A stretch of 64,000 bases of DNA. Origin: Felis catus (taxonomy: Eukaryota). A program made the position numbers and the translations under genes. The stretch covers positions 97,156,001 through 97,220,000 of the forward strand of contig NC_058368.1 in NCBI RefSeq assembly GCF_018350175.1. The letters are read 5' to 3'. The notes below the pieces were generated by a model. The model was not told where the DNA came from. It saw only the letters and a list, made by a program, of their open reading frames with translations, and searched no databases. Positions 25,881 to 38,928 of the stretch are shown here, in pieces; position 1 is the first letter of the stretch; every line of letters begins with the position of its first letter.

Positions 25881-26968
25881 CTGCCCTTATGCACATAAAA
25901 GGCTCTCGGTCAAGACTGGGACTGGTTTGCTATTCAATCCAACAGATCTTGTACAAGGCTTTTCATTAAAGAAGATGAAATTTAGATTGTAGTGAAATGT
26001 CTGTGAATCAAATATTCCATAGTGTGGCTGTGCATCTTAATCAACTGAAACAGGTTTCACTGGGTACTTGCAGCACAAGGTAGAATAAAGGAAAGAATCC
26101 TGCATTTTCTGCCCTCACAGTTTTTAGGCTCACACCATATACATTTCCTTTTCCTCATGCAAAATCACAAGTGAGTGACAGTACCACACAATAAAAGCTT
26201 CCTGAACATCAGTCCCCACCGGAGCCCTGATTAGAGTATTTCTTTCTCTTGGGTGAGTGAAATCCAGTCTTCCTTAGTTCAAGTATATGCATCAAACACC
26301 AAGCTGCTGGAGTCCACCTGTCAAGGATCACAAGTTTTCTGATTAAAAAATAAAGCCCATTCATAGAACTACCAGTTGCCTGCCAGCAGGCTCTTTGCCA
26401 CAGCTATTATGAAAACTGGCAAAGAAGTGGGCAGGAAAATCATTCTTCACCTTAACAGATGAGTCTTCTCTCACAAAATAGATGAATTTAGAACACCTTC
26501 TTAGTCAGACTCATAAAGGCAAAGGTACAGGGGATTTTATGGAAAATGCTGACCTCCTAAGAATTAGTTTTTAAATTGAATTTTCTGCCCTTCAGATGTT
26601 TGATAAACCCCTTGTCTCTCCCATTAAAGGTCATGCCAAAAAGCAACATATATGATTTATTCACATTGATCATCTACCTGGGCCATGGTTTGCTCCTGCC
26701 AAGCTTATATCGGAGGTTCAACCCAAAATGAAATCGTTTAGTCATAATGACATAACTTGCAAGTTAGCATCCTCTCATTTTAAAAATGCATTCTAATTTT
26801 CATTTTTCTTTGAAATTCCAAATAGAATGTATTTTAATAAAAATCCCCCCCCCCAAAAAAAAAACTGAAAATGTACGTACTATGGAAAGGGCAGCGGATT
26901 TTAGTAGCTATACAAGAGGGCTGGGCATGGAGCTAGGTTCTCCTGTGGCAATCCTGTCTGTCATCAAG

Positions 26969-27508
26969 TGTAATGTAGGTTCCTAACATTAAGCTTTTGA
27001 GTGCCGAGGCATCCGTTTCAAAGATATCCATCTCAAATAAACATACTACCAGCTAGAGGAAATATCTAATAGCAAGCCAACTAGATACGAAACAAGGCAA
27101 CCCCTATCCAAGAAGTTCCCCTTTTAGAAGCCCCTGGGTAGCCTATGTAACTGAGCACTTGTGCAACTCCACTTCTGCCTTTTTGCTCCCTAATTCCTGC
27201 TCTTATGTTTTAAATTCACTAATAAAGAGTAAACCCTCAAAACTCTAGGCACCCCAACCCTTGATGCTAAGAAAGGCAGAATCCCAGTTCCAAGCTTCCT
27301 CCCTCTTTTCCCTTTTGACTTCAACCTTGCTGCGTGGTGTTGAGGCATGCCATGTTCCCCATAGGATCCATGAGTAATAAACCTTGCTTTCTCCAAGTTC
27401 CCTGGCGACTGCTCCTGAGGTGCATCCTGAAAACACGAGAACCACAGGGCCAACCCAACCTTGGTTCTTGTCCAGGAAAATTCTGTGGAGCTCACCACAA
27501 GTAACACA
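26969..27508 (+). mobile_element. MER73/MER74-like ERVL solo LTR
   Basis: tg...ca ends; taagcttttgagtgccgaggca, aaaggcagaatcccag, gagtaataaacc, aagttccctgg, agaaccacagggcc. Confidence 0.65.
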
Positions 27509-27718
27509 GGTCCAGGCAAGTGCCTCAAGCATTTCGAGCTGACAGCATGCCTATCACTAGGCTGAGACAGACACCAAGTCACTACAACTTCTCTGAATTA
27601 GAACTTATTCCCCTGAAATGAGCAAAAGACTGATCGCTAATGAGCAGGTTAGCCTGGGACAGGCAATGGAATTGACATCACAGTTGATTTCTTTCTACTA
27701 AGCGAATTAATGCATTTT

Positions 27719-29524
27719 TTAAAAAAATTTTTATATAATTTATTGTCAACTTAGCTAAATACAGTATACACAGTGTGCTCTTGGCTTCAGGACTACATTC
27801 CCATGACTCATCACTTACATAAAACACCCAGTGCTAATCCCAATAAGTGACCTCCTCAATGCCCATCTCAGATTTTTCCTGCCTCCCTGTCCCCCCACCA
27901 TCAACCCTCAGTTCATTCTCTGTATTTAAGAGTCTCTTATGGTTTGCCTCCCTCTCTGTAACTATTTTTTCCCTTCCCTTCCCCCATAGTCTTCTGTTAA
28001 GTTTCTCAAATTCCACATATGAGTGAAAACATATGATATTTGTCTTTCTCTGACTGACTTATTTCACTTAGCATAATACCCTCCAGTTCCAGCCAAGTTG
28101 TTGCAAATGGCAACATCTCATTCTTTCTCATTGCCAACAAGTATTCCATTGTATACATAAACCACATCCTCTTTATCCACTTATCAGGTGATGGACATTT
28201 GGGCTCATTCCATAATTTGGCTATTGTTGATATCACTGCTGTATCCTATAGATAAATTCCTAGTATTGCTATTGCTGGGTCCTAGGGTAATTCTATTTTT
28301 AATTTTTTTTAATGCTTATTTATTTTTTGACAGAGAGAGACACAGAGTGTGAGCTAGGGAGGAGCAGAGAGACAGGGGGACACATAATCCGAAGCAGGCT
28401 CCAGGCTCTGAGCTGTCAGCACAGAGCCCGACGTGGGGCTCAAACTCACAAATCGTGAGATCATGACCTGAGCTGAAGTTGGACGCTCAACTGACTGAGC
28501 TACCCAGGTGCCCCGTGGTAATTCTATTTTTAATGTTTTGAGGAACCTCTACACTGTTTTCCAGAGTGGCTGCACTAGTTTGCATTCTCACCAACAGCGC
28601 ACAGAGGATTCACCACATTCCTGCCAACATCTGTTGTTTCTTGAGTTGTTAATTTTAGCCACTCTGACTGGTGTGAGATGGTATCTCAGTGTGGTTTTGA
28701 TTTGTATTTCCCCGATGATGAGTGATATTGAGCATCTTTTCATGTGTCTGTTAGCCACCTGGGTATTTGAAATGCTATGCAAAAGCGTCAATTCATACCT
28801 TCTACCCATTTCTTCAGTGGATTATTTGTTATGCAGGTATTGAGTTTGGTAAGTTCTTTGTAGATTTTGGTTACTAACCCTTTATCCGATATGTCATTTG
28901 CAAATATATTCTCTCATTCTTCTCAGAGATAGAACAAACAATCCTAAAATTTGTATGGGACCACCAGAGACCCCAAATAGCCAAAGTAATGTTGAAAAAG
29001 AAAACCAAAGCTGGAGGCATCACAATCCCAGACTTTAGCATGTACAACAAACCTGGAATCAATACAGTATGGTATTGGCACAAAAACAGATGCCTAAACC
29101 AATGGAATAGAATCGAGAACCCAGACTTGGACCCACAAATGTATGGCCAACTAATCTTTGACAAAGCAGAAAAGAGTATCCAATGGAAAAAAGAGTTTCT
29201 TCAGTAAATGGTGTTGGGAGAACTGGACAGCAACAAGCAGAAGAATGAAACTGCACCACTTTCTTACACCACACACAAAAATAAACACAAAATGGATGAA
29301 AGACCTAAATGTGAGACAGAAAACCTTCAAAATCCTAGAGAACACAGGCAACAGTCTCTTTGACCTCAGCCATAGCAGCTTCTTCCTCGACATGTCTCCA
29401 AAGGCAAGGGAAATAAAAGCAAAAATGAACTATTAGGACCTCATCGTGATAAAAATCTTCTGCACAGCAAAGGAAACAATCAACAAAACTAAAAGGCAAC
29501 TGACAAAATGGGAACAGATATTTG
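27719..29524 (-). mobile_element. Carnivore L1, 5'-inverted: sense part 27719-28920 (-), inverted part 28921-29524 (+)
   Basis: ORF2 C-terminus on - (ORFs 28006-28236, 28588-28809); upstream ORF2 on + (KKKTKAGGITIPDF...WYWHKNR, ORFs 28989-29436). Confidence 0.92.
28304..28514 (-). mobile_element. Can-SINE nested in L1
   Basis: Perfect 18-bp TSD ggtaattctatttttaat at 28286-28303 and 28517-28534. Confidence 0.96.
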
Positions 29525-29528
29525 TAAC

Positions 29529-29723
29529 TTTTTTAAGTGCATATTTAGTTTTGAGTGGGGGGAGAGGCAGAGAGAGGCAGAGACAAACTGACAGAATCCG
29601 AAGTAGGCTCCAGGCTCTGAACTGTTAGCACAGAGCCTGATGCAGGGCTCAAACTCACAAACCACGAGATCACGACCTGAGCCAAAGTCGGATGCTTAAC
29701 TGACTGAGCCACCCAGACGCCCC
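29529..29723 (-). mobile_element. Can-SINE at the L1 5' junction
   Basis: agaatccgaagtaggctccaggctctg...gactgagccacccagacgcccc. Confidence 0.93.
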
Positions 29724-32700
29724 ACAAATTAATGACTTTTGATGATACACTCTATCTCCAAGGTATGTTTATATTTGCTTGTAAGTTACTACATAGAAAT
29801 TTACAACTGTGGAATCAAATTTGACATTTGAGCAACATGAGTGAAATGGGGGTGTGATGGATAATTGAAATATATCTCTGAGATGCAAAAACAATTTAAA
29901 CATGAATTTAATATGATAAATACATGTAAGCATGCCTCAGAGATGCACATTGCCAAAAAGAATGTGTTTCAGGAGCCAATACTATTTCTATACTTTAAAG
30001 TATAATGGGAAACTACAGACACAACTTCAGAAAAAAAAAAATTGTGAGATTTTTCTGATTATCTTATGTTTACTTTAAGGAGCAACATAACAGTCAGTCA
30101 TTCATGGCCATGTCTGTGTTTCTGAACATCTCCTTCATCCTATTTAGCATCCACATAACCTGTACCTCAAATTTAGCATAACTTGTGCTTCAGTTTTAAC
30201 CTCGTATTTCCAGCATTCTTTCTGTTTTCTGATAGGAATTTATAATCTACTCATACAAATCAAACAGCAAACAAAATTCTCCACACTTCAGACCAGTTTT
30301 AACTCCACACTTTGAAAACTAGTTTACTTGTGCCACACAACAGTAATACCAACTAATGTCACAATATGGAACTTTGCAGCTGTATCATATTTAAACACTC
30401 AATATATGTTTACCTTCTTTAAAATACTGTCTTTTCACATGTGTGTTTGCTGATGGCTTAAAAAACAAATTATTAGCAAACCAAATCTTTAAAGAAATTA
30501 GAGATATCAACTGGTACATTTTCAGAATATGAGCCCCACAAGTAATTTCAAACACCCCAGACTCTGAGGGTGACTATTACACAGATTTCATTTTCAAGTG
30601 AATTAAATATGGGGTGCTATCATTATCAGTTGCCTACCTTGGAGAACTTTTCCAAGTAAGAGAGCTTTTAATTTTCCAGCCAACACTGTCCAACTTTTTT
30701 CCTCTCACAAAAACAAGAGCCATAATTGTATCCTGAATTTCTATTCATTGATCCCTTCCTGGCCTCCAGACTTTTGTCTTTTATGTGATTTACCCAAGGC
30801 AGCTCATCCTTCTGACATGCCTAGACTCTGCTAAATACAGAGAGGTGGGTACTTGAGCCACTGTGGTTCAAGAGCCACAGCAATCTTCAGAACAGGAGGC
30901 CAATCAAGGTTCCTTGGGAATCTTGGTTTCTGGAAGGAGCAGTCCTTTGTCTTCACCATGTCAAAGTGGGGAAGATCCCTTCCCAGTTTTAATGTATTTA
31001 TACCAGAAGATCCTTTCAGAAGAAAAGCATTGGCCCAAGATCAAAGCAAAGTCATAACTAAAGACCCATGGTCTTGAAGTTTCACAAGTCACACTTAAGA
31101 AATCAAAAAGCCTACCACGAGAGAGAGAGAGGCATTCACAAGAGAACACAGGATGTTAGAAAGTGGGGGAGGCGGGGAGGGGGGAGGCAAACAGCAAAAG
31201 GAAGCAAAATCAAAATGCATGGAGAGGGCCAGAAAGAAGTAGATAGAACCTCTGAGTTACTCTACGTGGGCCAGTTATACAATCCTGGAGAAGGAAACAA
31301 CTGCCCTCCCTGGCCAGCCTAGGTTTTTGCACACTCAGCTGGCAATCTTCAAGGACAATTGTCCAGCTTTCTGTTCAAGGGAAATGTCCCTTGATCTAAC
31401 TTCACCTCAGCTTCTCAGCCAGTTTGAAAATACTAGGCAGGTAGCTTTTGTCTTTTGAAGAATGAAGACAATACAAAGCACATGCCCATAATGGAAAGCA
31501 GTTGGAAATGTTAAGTGTGCCCAACTGGCAAAGGCATTTTGCAAAAAGGCAATTTTCAAGACTGACACTGAAACTGGGTCTTGAAATTCTATTTAGAGTC
31601 TCAGCAATTCTACCCAAGAGCAAGTGCTTCTACACCACTGCACCATATGACCATGACCTTCTCAAGCACAGCTAGTTCACACCAGATACTGTAGCCAAAG
31701 TCGAAGAATATTAATTAGCTAAAACAACCTGTGACATTGTAAAAATCTTGCAAATCAAATCAACAGTGCTAATTACCAGCTAATTATATATATTAGCTAT
31801 CTGAATAGGTAACACCTTGCTCTTCACCAACTCCCTCCATCTCTAGCATAGGTAAGTTGGCCCTGATGGACACCAGTCACCTAGAAGCCACCCAATTCCC
31901 TAACTACCATCTGCCATTGCCCAGGGTTGCAGTCACTTAGGGCGGTAGGATAACATAACTAGAGGGCAAATTAGGTTCTCAGGAATACAGCCAGGTAGTT
32001 TCCAACTCTTCAGGAGGCTGATTTACAGCCCTGTAGACAGAGTTGTAATAGGAAGAAGTAGGATGGCAATCTGAACCAAGCTGTAAAGAAAAAACCAAAT
32101 GCTTGACTTGTGACCACACAAACCAAGACCCTCTGTCAACCTGGAGGTAAAGAAGGCTTCTGCTCCACAAAATCTGTTAAGGCATCAGAGAATCCCTCTA
32201 AGAGGCCAATACCAGAGCAAAGTGCAAGCTACACCAGCAACAGACTGCAAATTGGGGGAAATGGGGAAATGTATGACATCAGGAATATCGGTGTCCTTTG
32301 GAAGACCAGCTGACACAGATCAGAGCTGGACAGTGTCTGGGGTCTGTACAGAAGAAAAGTTTTCCAACTTAGCCAAGGAGGAATGTCCAGGGGAAACTCA
32401 GGCCTTAATACAGTAAGAGGCCCAAGGCCTGAAAGATGAATAAAGGGGTGCCAACCAAGAATGCCAAGAGGGGAGGACACACCTGCAACACACTGGCAAC
32501 AAAGAACAGAAGCAAGGGTCACAGGGTCCCACACAGAGGTATTAGGTAGGTGAGGAATCTAGCTCCTAGCTGTGGGACCACATGGTCATGTCAAAGACTG
32601 AAATGAAGATTCTAGTTCTACCCCCATGTACTCCATACTCTCCATCTCTCCTGCTCGTTTATCCTTGAGTCTGTTTTCCCAACCTCATTTTGAGGAGCTG

Positions 32701-33221
32701 CCTCCCCATTTTCCTACTCCTCATTCCTTCTTCCTCTTCTTTCCTCTCCTCTTATGTTTTCTCTTCTCCTCTCTCCACTTACACTCTTCATTGTTGTACT
32801 TTCACAGATACTGAATTGTGACACGTTATTCTAATAGGGAAAGTAGGAGAGAAGTGGAAGGAATACATTAAGAATATTGAAGTGAGCACAATTTGTGCTA
32901 CTCCCATACAATTTCAAAAAGCCGTAGACTTACAACAAAGTTATAAGGCTACTTCATGACTTTTTTCCCAGTTCATAGTCCAGGGCATGCACATTACCTT
33001 TATTAAGTCCACCAGCCATGGCTCTGAGAATCATACCCTTGAAAGTTTCAACACAGAAGCTCATCCACAGCTCAGAAATTAAGTAGACTTCACACTTGTT
33101 AGAGGCCATCTTCCCATGGTTCCAAAGCAAGTCAAATGTTAATGTCAAACAAAGCAATTTTTCTTCCATTACTTCTTCTACTGGTTTTCATGCTTTGAAA
33201 TCTGATCCTTTAGTTTAATCA

Positions 33222-33577
33222 TGCAATAGACTGAATGTTTATGTCAACCCAAAATTCATATATTAAAACCCGAACCTCCAATATAATACTATTAGGAGAT
33301 GGGTTCATGGAGAGGCAATTTTGTCATAAAGGTGGAGCTCACAGGAACAAGATTAGGTGCTATTATAAAAGAGACCTCAGAGAGGCCCCTTGCTGTCTCT
33401 GGATGTGAGGGCACAGTAAAACGATAGCCACCTATAAACCAGGAAGCAGGCTCACCAGAAAACAAACCTGCCAGTGCTGTGATCTTGGACTTCCAGCCTC
33501 CAGAACAGTAAGAAACAATTGTCTGTTGTTTGTTTAAGCCACCCAGTTTGCCATAGCAGCCCAAATGGAAGAAGATA
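33222..33577 (+). mobile_element. MLT1A-type MaLR solo LTR
   Basis: gactgaatgtttatgtc...caaaattcata; tgatcttggacttccagcctccagaac; tttaagccacccagt; flanking (a)atca duplication. Confidence 0.9.
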
Positions 33578-33850
33578 ATCACCTGTATGTCCTTCTGTTT
33601 GTTTTCTATGTTCATATTTTACAGTAAACTCTTTAACCTTCCTGGGATTTATTTTGATATATGAGGTGGAAGAGGAGACTAATTTTAACTGATTTCCCCA
33701 ATACTGTGAACTAATCTATTGCTTTCCCATTGGTTTGTAATATTCCATTACCATATTTGTAGTTTCACTGGGATTAGACTAATATCTGTTAAAGAATGAT
33801 GTAAAATAATTCCCTTACTCTATGGTTACTGAAGAAAATGAGAATTTTAG

Positions 33851-36138
33851 AGAAACACTTCCTAGTTTCATTGATCTGTTCATGTGTGTGTGTGCGTGTG
33901 TGTGTGTGTGTGTGTGAGTGTGTTTTAGTTTCTGTATCATTTATATATGCTCTAATCTTTATATTTCATTCTGCTGGCTTTGTGTTTTGTTTGTTGTCTT
34001 TTTCTAGCTCCTTTAGGTGTAAGGTTAGGTTGTTCATCAGAGATTTTTTTGGATTCTTGATGTAAGCCTATATTGCTATAAACTTCCCTCATATAAACTG
34101 CTTTTTTTTTGTTTGTTTCCATGTTCTTTCTGATTTCTTTGATTTCTTGATTGACCCATTCATTGTTTAATGGCAGATTATTTACTTCGTATGTATTTAT
34201 GTGCTATCCAGATTTTTTTCTTGTGGCTGATTTCTAGTTTCATAGCGTTACAGTCAGAAAAGATGCATAGTATGACTTCAATCTTTTTTAATTTGTTGAG
34301 GCTTGTTTTGTGTTAATATGTGATCTAGAATGTTCCATATGTACTTAAAAAGAATGTATATGCTGCTATTTTAGGGTGGAACATTCTGAATATATCTGTT
34401 AAATCCATCTGGTCCAGTGTGTTATTCAAAGCCACTGTTTCCTTGTTGATTTTCTGTTTGAATGATCTGCCCATCGATGTAAGTGAAGTGTTAAAGTCCC
34501 CTACTATTATTGTATTACTATCAATTAGTTCCTTTATGTTTGTTATTAACCATGATATGTATTTGGGTGATTTCATGTTGGGTGCATATATATTTAGAAT
34601 TGTTATATCTTCTTGTTGGATTCTCCTTTATTATTATATAGTGTCCATCTTTGTCTCTTTTTACAGACTTTGTTTTAAAGTCCAAATTGTCCGACATAAG
34701 TATTGGTATTCCAGCTTTCTTTTGACATCCATTTGCATGACAGATGTTCCTCCACCCCCTCACTTCAATCTGCTGGTGTCTTTAGGTCTTTAATGAGTCT
34801 TTTGCAGGCAGCATATAGATGGGTCTTGTTTTTTTATCCATTCTGACACCTTATGTATTTTGATTGGAGCATTTAGTCCATTTACATTCAAAGTAATTAT
34901 TGATTTTTTTTGTTTTGTGGGTGTTTTTATAGTTTTTCTTTGATCCTTTTTTCTATTTCTCTTTCATGGATTGCTGGCTTTCTTGATATACTTGGCTTCC
35001 TTATTCTTTATTTTTTGCTCATCTGTTACTGTTTTTTAATTTGTGGTTACCATGCAGTTTATATATAACATCTTCTGCATACAGCAGTCTATTTTCAGCT
35101 GATATTCACTTAATTTTGAAGTCATATTTTACTCCTCTTCCCTTAACATTTCAAATAGTTGTATCATATTTTACATCCTTTTATTACAGCCCTATCTTTA
35201 TAACATCATTATTTACAATAGCCAAATTATGGAAGCAACCCAAACGTCCATCAACTGATAAACAGATAAAGAAAATGTGATGTACACATATATATATACA
35301 TATTATATATATGTATTACATATATATATTACATATATATATGTAATATATACATATGTATATATACATATGTATATGTATACATATGTATATGTATACA
35401 TATATAATATATAATATATAATATAATATAATATGTAATATATACACAATATATTATATATTATATATCATATATACATAATATATTATATAATATATAT
35501 TATATATTATAATATATAATATATATTATATATGATATATAATATATGATATATAATATATATTATATATTATAATATATAATATATATTATATATGATA
35601 TATAATATATGATATATAATATATGATATATAATATATATAATATATATTATATATGATATATAATATATGATATATAATATATATCATATATTATATAT
35701 GATATATAATATATATCATATATATTATATATGATATAATATATATATTATTTTTTTAGTCATAAAAAAAGAATAAAATCTCACCATTTGCAATGGCATG
35801 GATGAACTAAAGAGTATAATGCTAAGTGAAATAAGTCAGAGAAAGACAAATCCCATATGAATTCACTTATCTGTTGAATTTAAGAAACAAAACAAAGGAA
35901 GAGAGAGAAATCAAGAAAGATATTCTTAACTCTAGAGAACAAAGTGATGGTTACCAGAGGGTGGGTGGATGGGAAGATGGGTGAAATAGGTGATAGGAAT
36001 TAAGGTGTTCACTTGTCATGATGAACACTGGGTGTTGTAGAGAATTGTTGAATAGCCATATTGTACACTTGAAACTAGTATAACACTGTGTGTTAACCAA
36101 ACTGGAATTAAAATAAAATTAAATAATCAAAAAAGAAA
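33851..36138 (+). mobile_element. Older carnivore L1, probably one 5'-inverted insertion: antisense endonuclease/inter-ORF part 33851-35185, sense 3' end 35186-36138
   Basis: EN peptides on - (TIIVGDFNTSLTSM, LNNTLDQMDLTDIFR, HANGCQKKAG); TIAKLWKQPK and 3' UTR on +; 17/19 flanking duplication at 33832-33850 and 36139-36157. Confidence 0.8.
35285..35750. repeat. TA-rich low-complexity expansion inside L1
   Basis: About 465 bp of nearly pure A/T with tatatgatatataa units. Confidence 0.95.
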
Positions 36139-37201
36139 AAGAAAATGAGAACTTCAGAAGTGATCTGCCTCTGTGACCACCATCACATAATTAATATTAT
36201 TTATAGCTGTGCTTAACAAAATCCATAAACGCTGGGATTTCCCATGAGAAGTTTGGTTGTTCTCAGATCTATCAGAAGCTCTGGGTTGCCACAAGTGGAA
36301 TACAGCACAAATCTGAATACTCTCATTAGTTTCTGGGTTTTATGTCCTATGAAGAATTCAAAGCCAGGTGGCTAAGATGATACAAAGCAACTATGGAGAG
36401 AATCCTCCCCATTCTGCAGCAATGGTGTTCTTTGCAGGAGACATACAACTGATACCCTCTGCTTAGGTATTGTTTGCATTGTTCTATGCCTCTGCAATCT
36501 GCTTAAAAGAGACAAATCAAATTCTATGTCAGGAGAAGTTGTGCTCAGCCACAACATGCTACTGATTTCATTTAGATGGACAACAGTCATCTGTCAAGTT
36601 CCTCCTTCTAAGCCAAGATCCCCTTGGCTATCTGGAAGCAGAAAAATACAGCAAGATGTCTAAAGACCTGGAATATAAAAGCATCCTCCTTTTCCAGTTT
36701 CTTTAATAGTCTGAGCAATTAGGTTATTAAATACAACAAAGTGAATATCAAAAAGAAAAGGCAACTTCAGAATACACAGAGATTAAATGTACTTGCCCAT
36801 ATATGTTTTGTTTTTAATAGAAACATCACTGTAGTCTAGCAAAAAGACCTGTTAAAAAAAAATAGGTTTTGACTCCTTGATAAATTCCCCTGGGTAGATG
36901 AAACATAAGCACAAAGTGATAGTACCAACTGTGCTAAGAGAATCCAGAGTCATTATGGTTTAAAAAAGAAATTCACATTCCGTCTAAAAAAATTTCAAAC
37001 TAGCTATAACTGAGAGACAAAACAGTCCCCAGAGAAAATTCCTATCAAGATCTGCAAATCATTTTGTCAATTATGACTTTCACTCTTCAAAATTCCTCAA
37101 GTTTCTCCGCCTCCTTCTGTAGTCAGAATTAATTAAACAGTCCCTCTCTTCCTTCCACACTTCAAATGCAGTATAATTTATAGCTATATTTATGCCACAA
37201 A

Positions 37202-37226
37202 TGTGTGTGTGTGTGTGTGTGTGTGT
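37202..37226. repeat. (TG)n microsatellite
   Basis: Direct reading. Confidence 0.95.
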
Positions 37227-38071
37227 TTTAGCATGTGTGAGAGACAGAGACAGAAATAGAGTTTGATGGATTCATTAATTAAGTCTGAGCATTAACTCAG
37301 GTTTGTACTGTGAACTACTGCTTCATGATTTGAACATAACCCCCAATGGTGTGATAAGAACACAATCTCAGTTTGTGCACACAGAATATCACCCATAAAA
37401 ATGAAAATCCAGAGACAGAGAGAGAAACCCTCTAAACTCCAAATTCACAGAACAGTTTGTGATTATTTGTATCCCAGAAAAATGGAGTCTTTACTTTCTA
37501 GGAGCCTCACTCCTAGATTCCTTTAAGTAAAAATTTCCCTTGGAGCCTTTAAAACACACTTACATTTCCAAAACTTCAACTGACAAATAATTTTTCACAT
37601 AAACAGCTGTTGCACAAGGTAGAGCAAACTTTCACATATGTTTACCTTCAAACCATATCATTTAGACTTAAATGTGCTAAAATTCTGAAACATCATTTTC
37701 TCAGAAAGATAGTTGATCTAGGAGGGAGGTTTGGAGGCAGAGTCACTTATGGGAGGGGTGGATAGAGGGAGTGGAGAAGGTGGCTTCATATGCCTTATGA
37801 ACAGCAAAGCTTTTCTCCCTTACTCACTGAGCTTTATGTTGACAGTCAATGGTCTGACAATGCACAACAAATTGGCCAAGGGCCAGAACCAGCACAGCAA
37901 TAACCCACAACTCTGGCCCATGGAGCCATGGGTCGGTTAGACTATAGATCATCATGGCCAGTGGAAGCAAGCACAGTGAACCAGTATAATCTGTCTTAGG
38001 CAAATGGGTTAGCCTCCGGGAATGTTGCAGAAGTAGTAATAACAGAAGGCAATGCCTTAATCCAGTGGGGT

Positions 38072-38398
38072 TGTATGGACTAGCTATACCCCTTCAAAAC
38101 TTGTATTTGAAGTCTAACTCCCAATGTGATGGTTTTAGGAAGTGGGTCCATGAAGAAGTGATGAAGCCATGACAGTGAAGCCCTTTATAAGGAGATGAAG
38201 AGACCAGAGCTATGTCTTTCTTCCACGTGAGCAGGAAGACAGCCATCCTGGAACCAGGAAGTTGGTTCTCACCAGATACCATATCTGCCAGTGCCTTGAT
38301 GTTGGACTTCTAGCCTCCCGAACTATGAGAAATATATTTCTATTGTTCATAAGCCACCCAGTCTACATTAATTTGTTACAGCAGCCCAAACTAAAAGA
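38072..38398 (+). mobile_element. MLT1A-type MaLR solo LTR
   Basis: ctcccaatgtgatggttttagg; ctcaccagatacc...tgccttgatgttggacttctagcctcc; taagccacccagtcta. Confidence 0.88.
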
Positions 38399-38928
38399 TG
38401 GAATAGTTCTTCCATGATGGAATTGTGGACCCTAAGGATCCAGGAGAGAATGGAGTAACCTCATTAGTTCATTACATAATTCATTAAATTATGCCAAGGT
38501 AGCAAATTATCCTTGGATTTGGCCTAGAAATTGGGGTGAGGAAAGTATGAGTTGGGGCAGTGAATCACAAATTCACTCCATGAGCAAAAGGCTAATTGTG
38601 AACAAATAATAATGCTGAAACATGGCATGTGAGGCTCTCAGAACACAGCATAAAAGACATAATGGCAAATGTGCCCACCTCACAGTCAAGGAAAACAGCA
38701 GCTGCTGTCATAATTTACTATTTGGGGAAGACACAGAAAACTGAACAACTAGAAAGCAATGAAAAAGCAATGTACCTAGTGCTGTAGGTGCCCAGAGGAA
38801 GATCCTATATCCATATATGCAGCCTTCAGAAACCCTATATGTAATTAGCTAGAATTCATTTTTCTTTCTTTTTTTTTCTTTTAGAATTAGTTTTTCAAAT
38901 ATAGCATCTGTTTTTAAAATTTAGTCCA

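Noticed and set aside
30853..31322. Overlapping short ORFs in unique sequence
   Set aside because: No recognisable protein similarity or convincing splice signals
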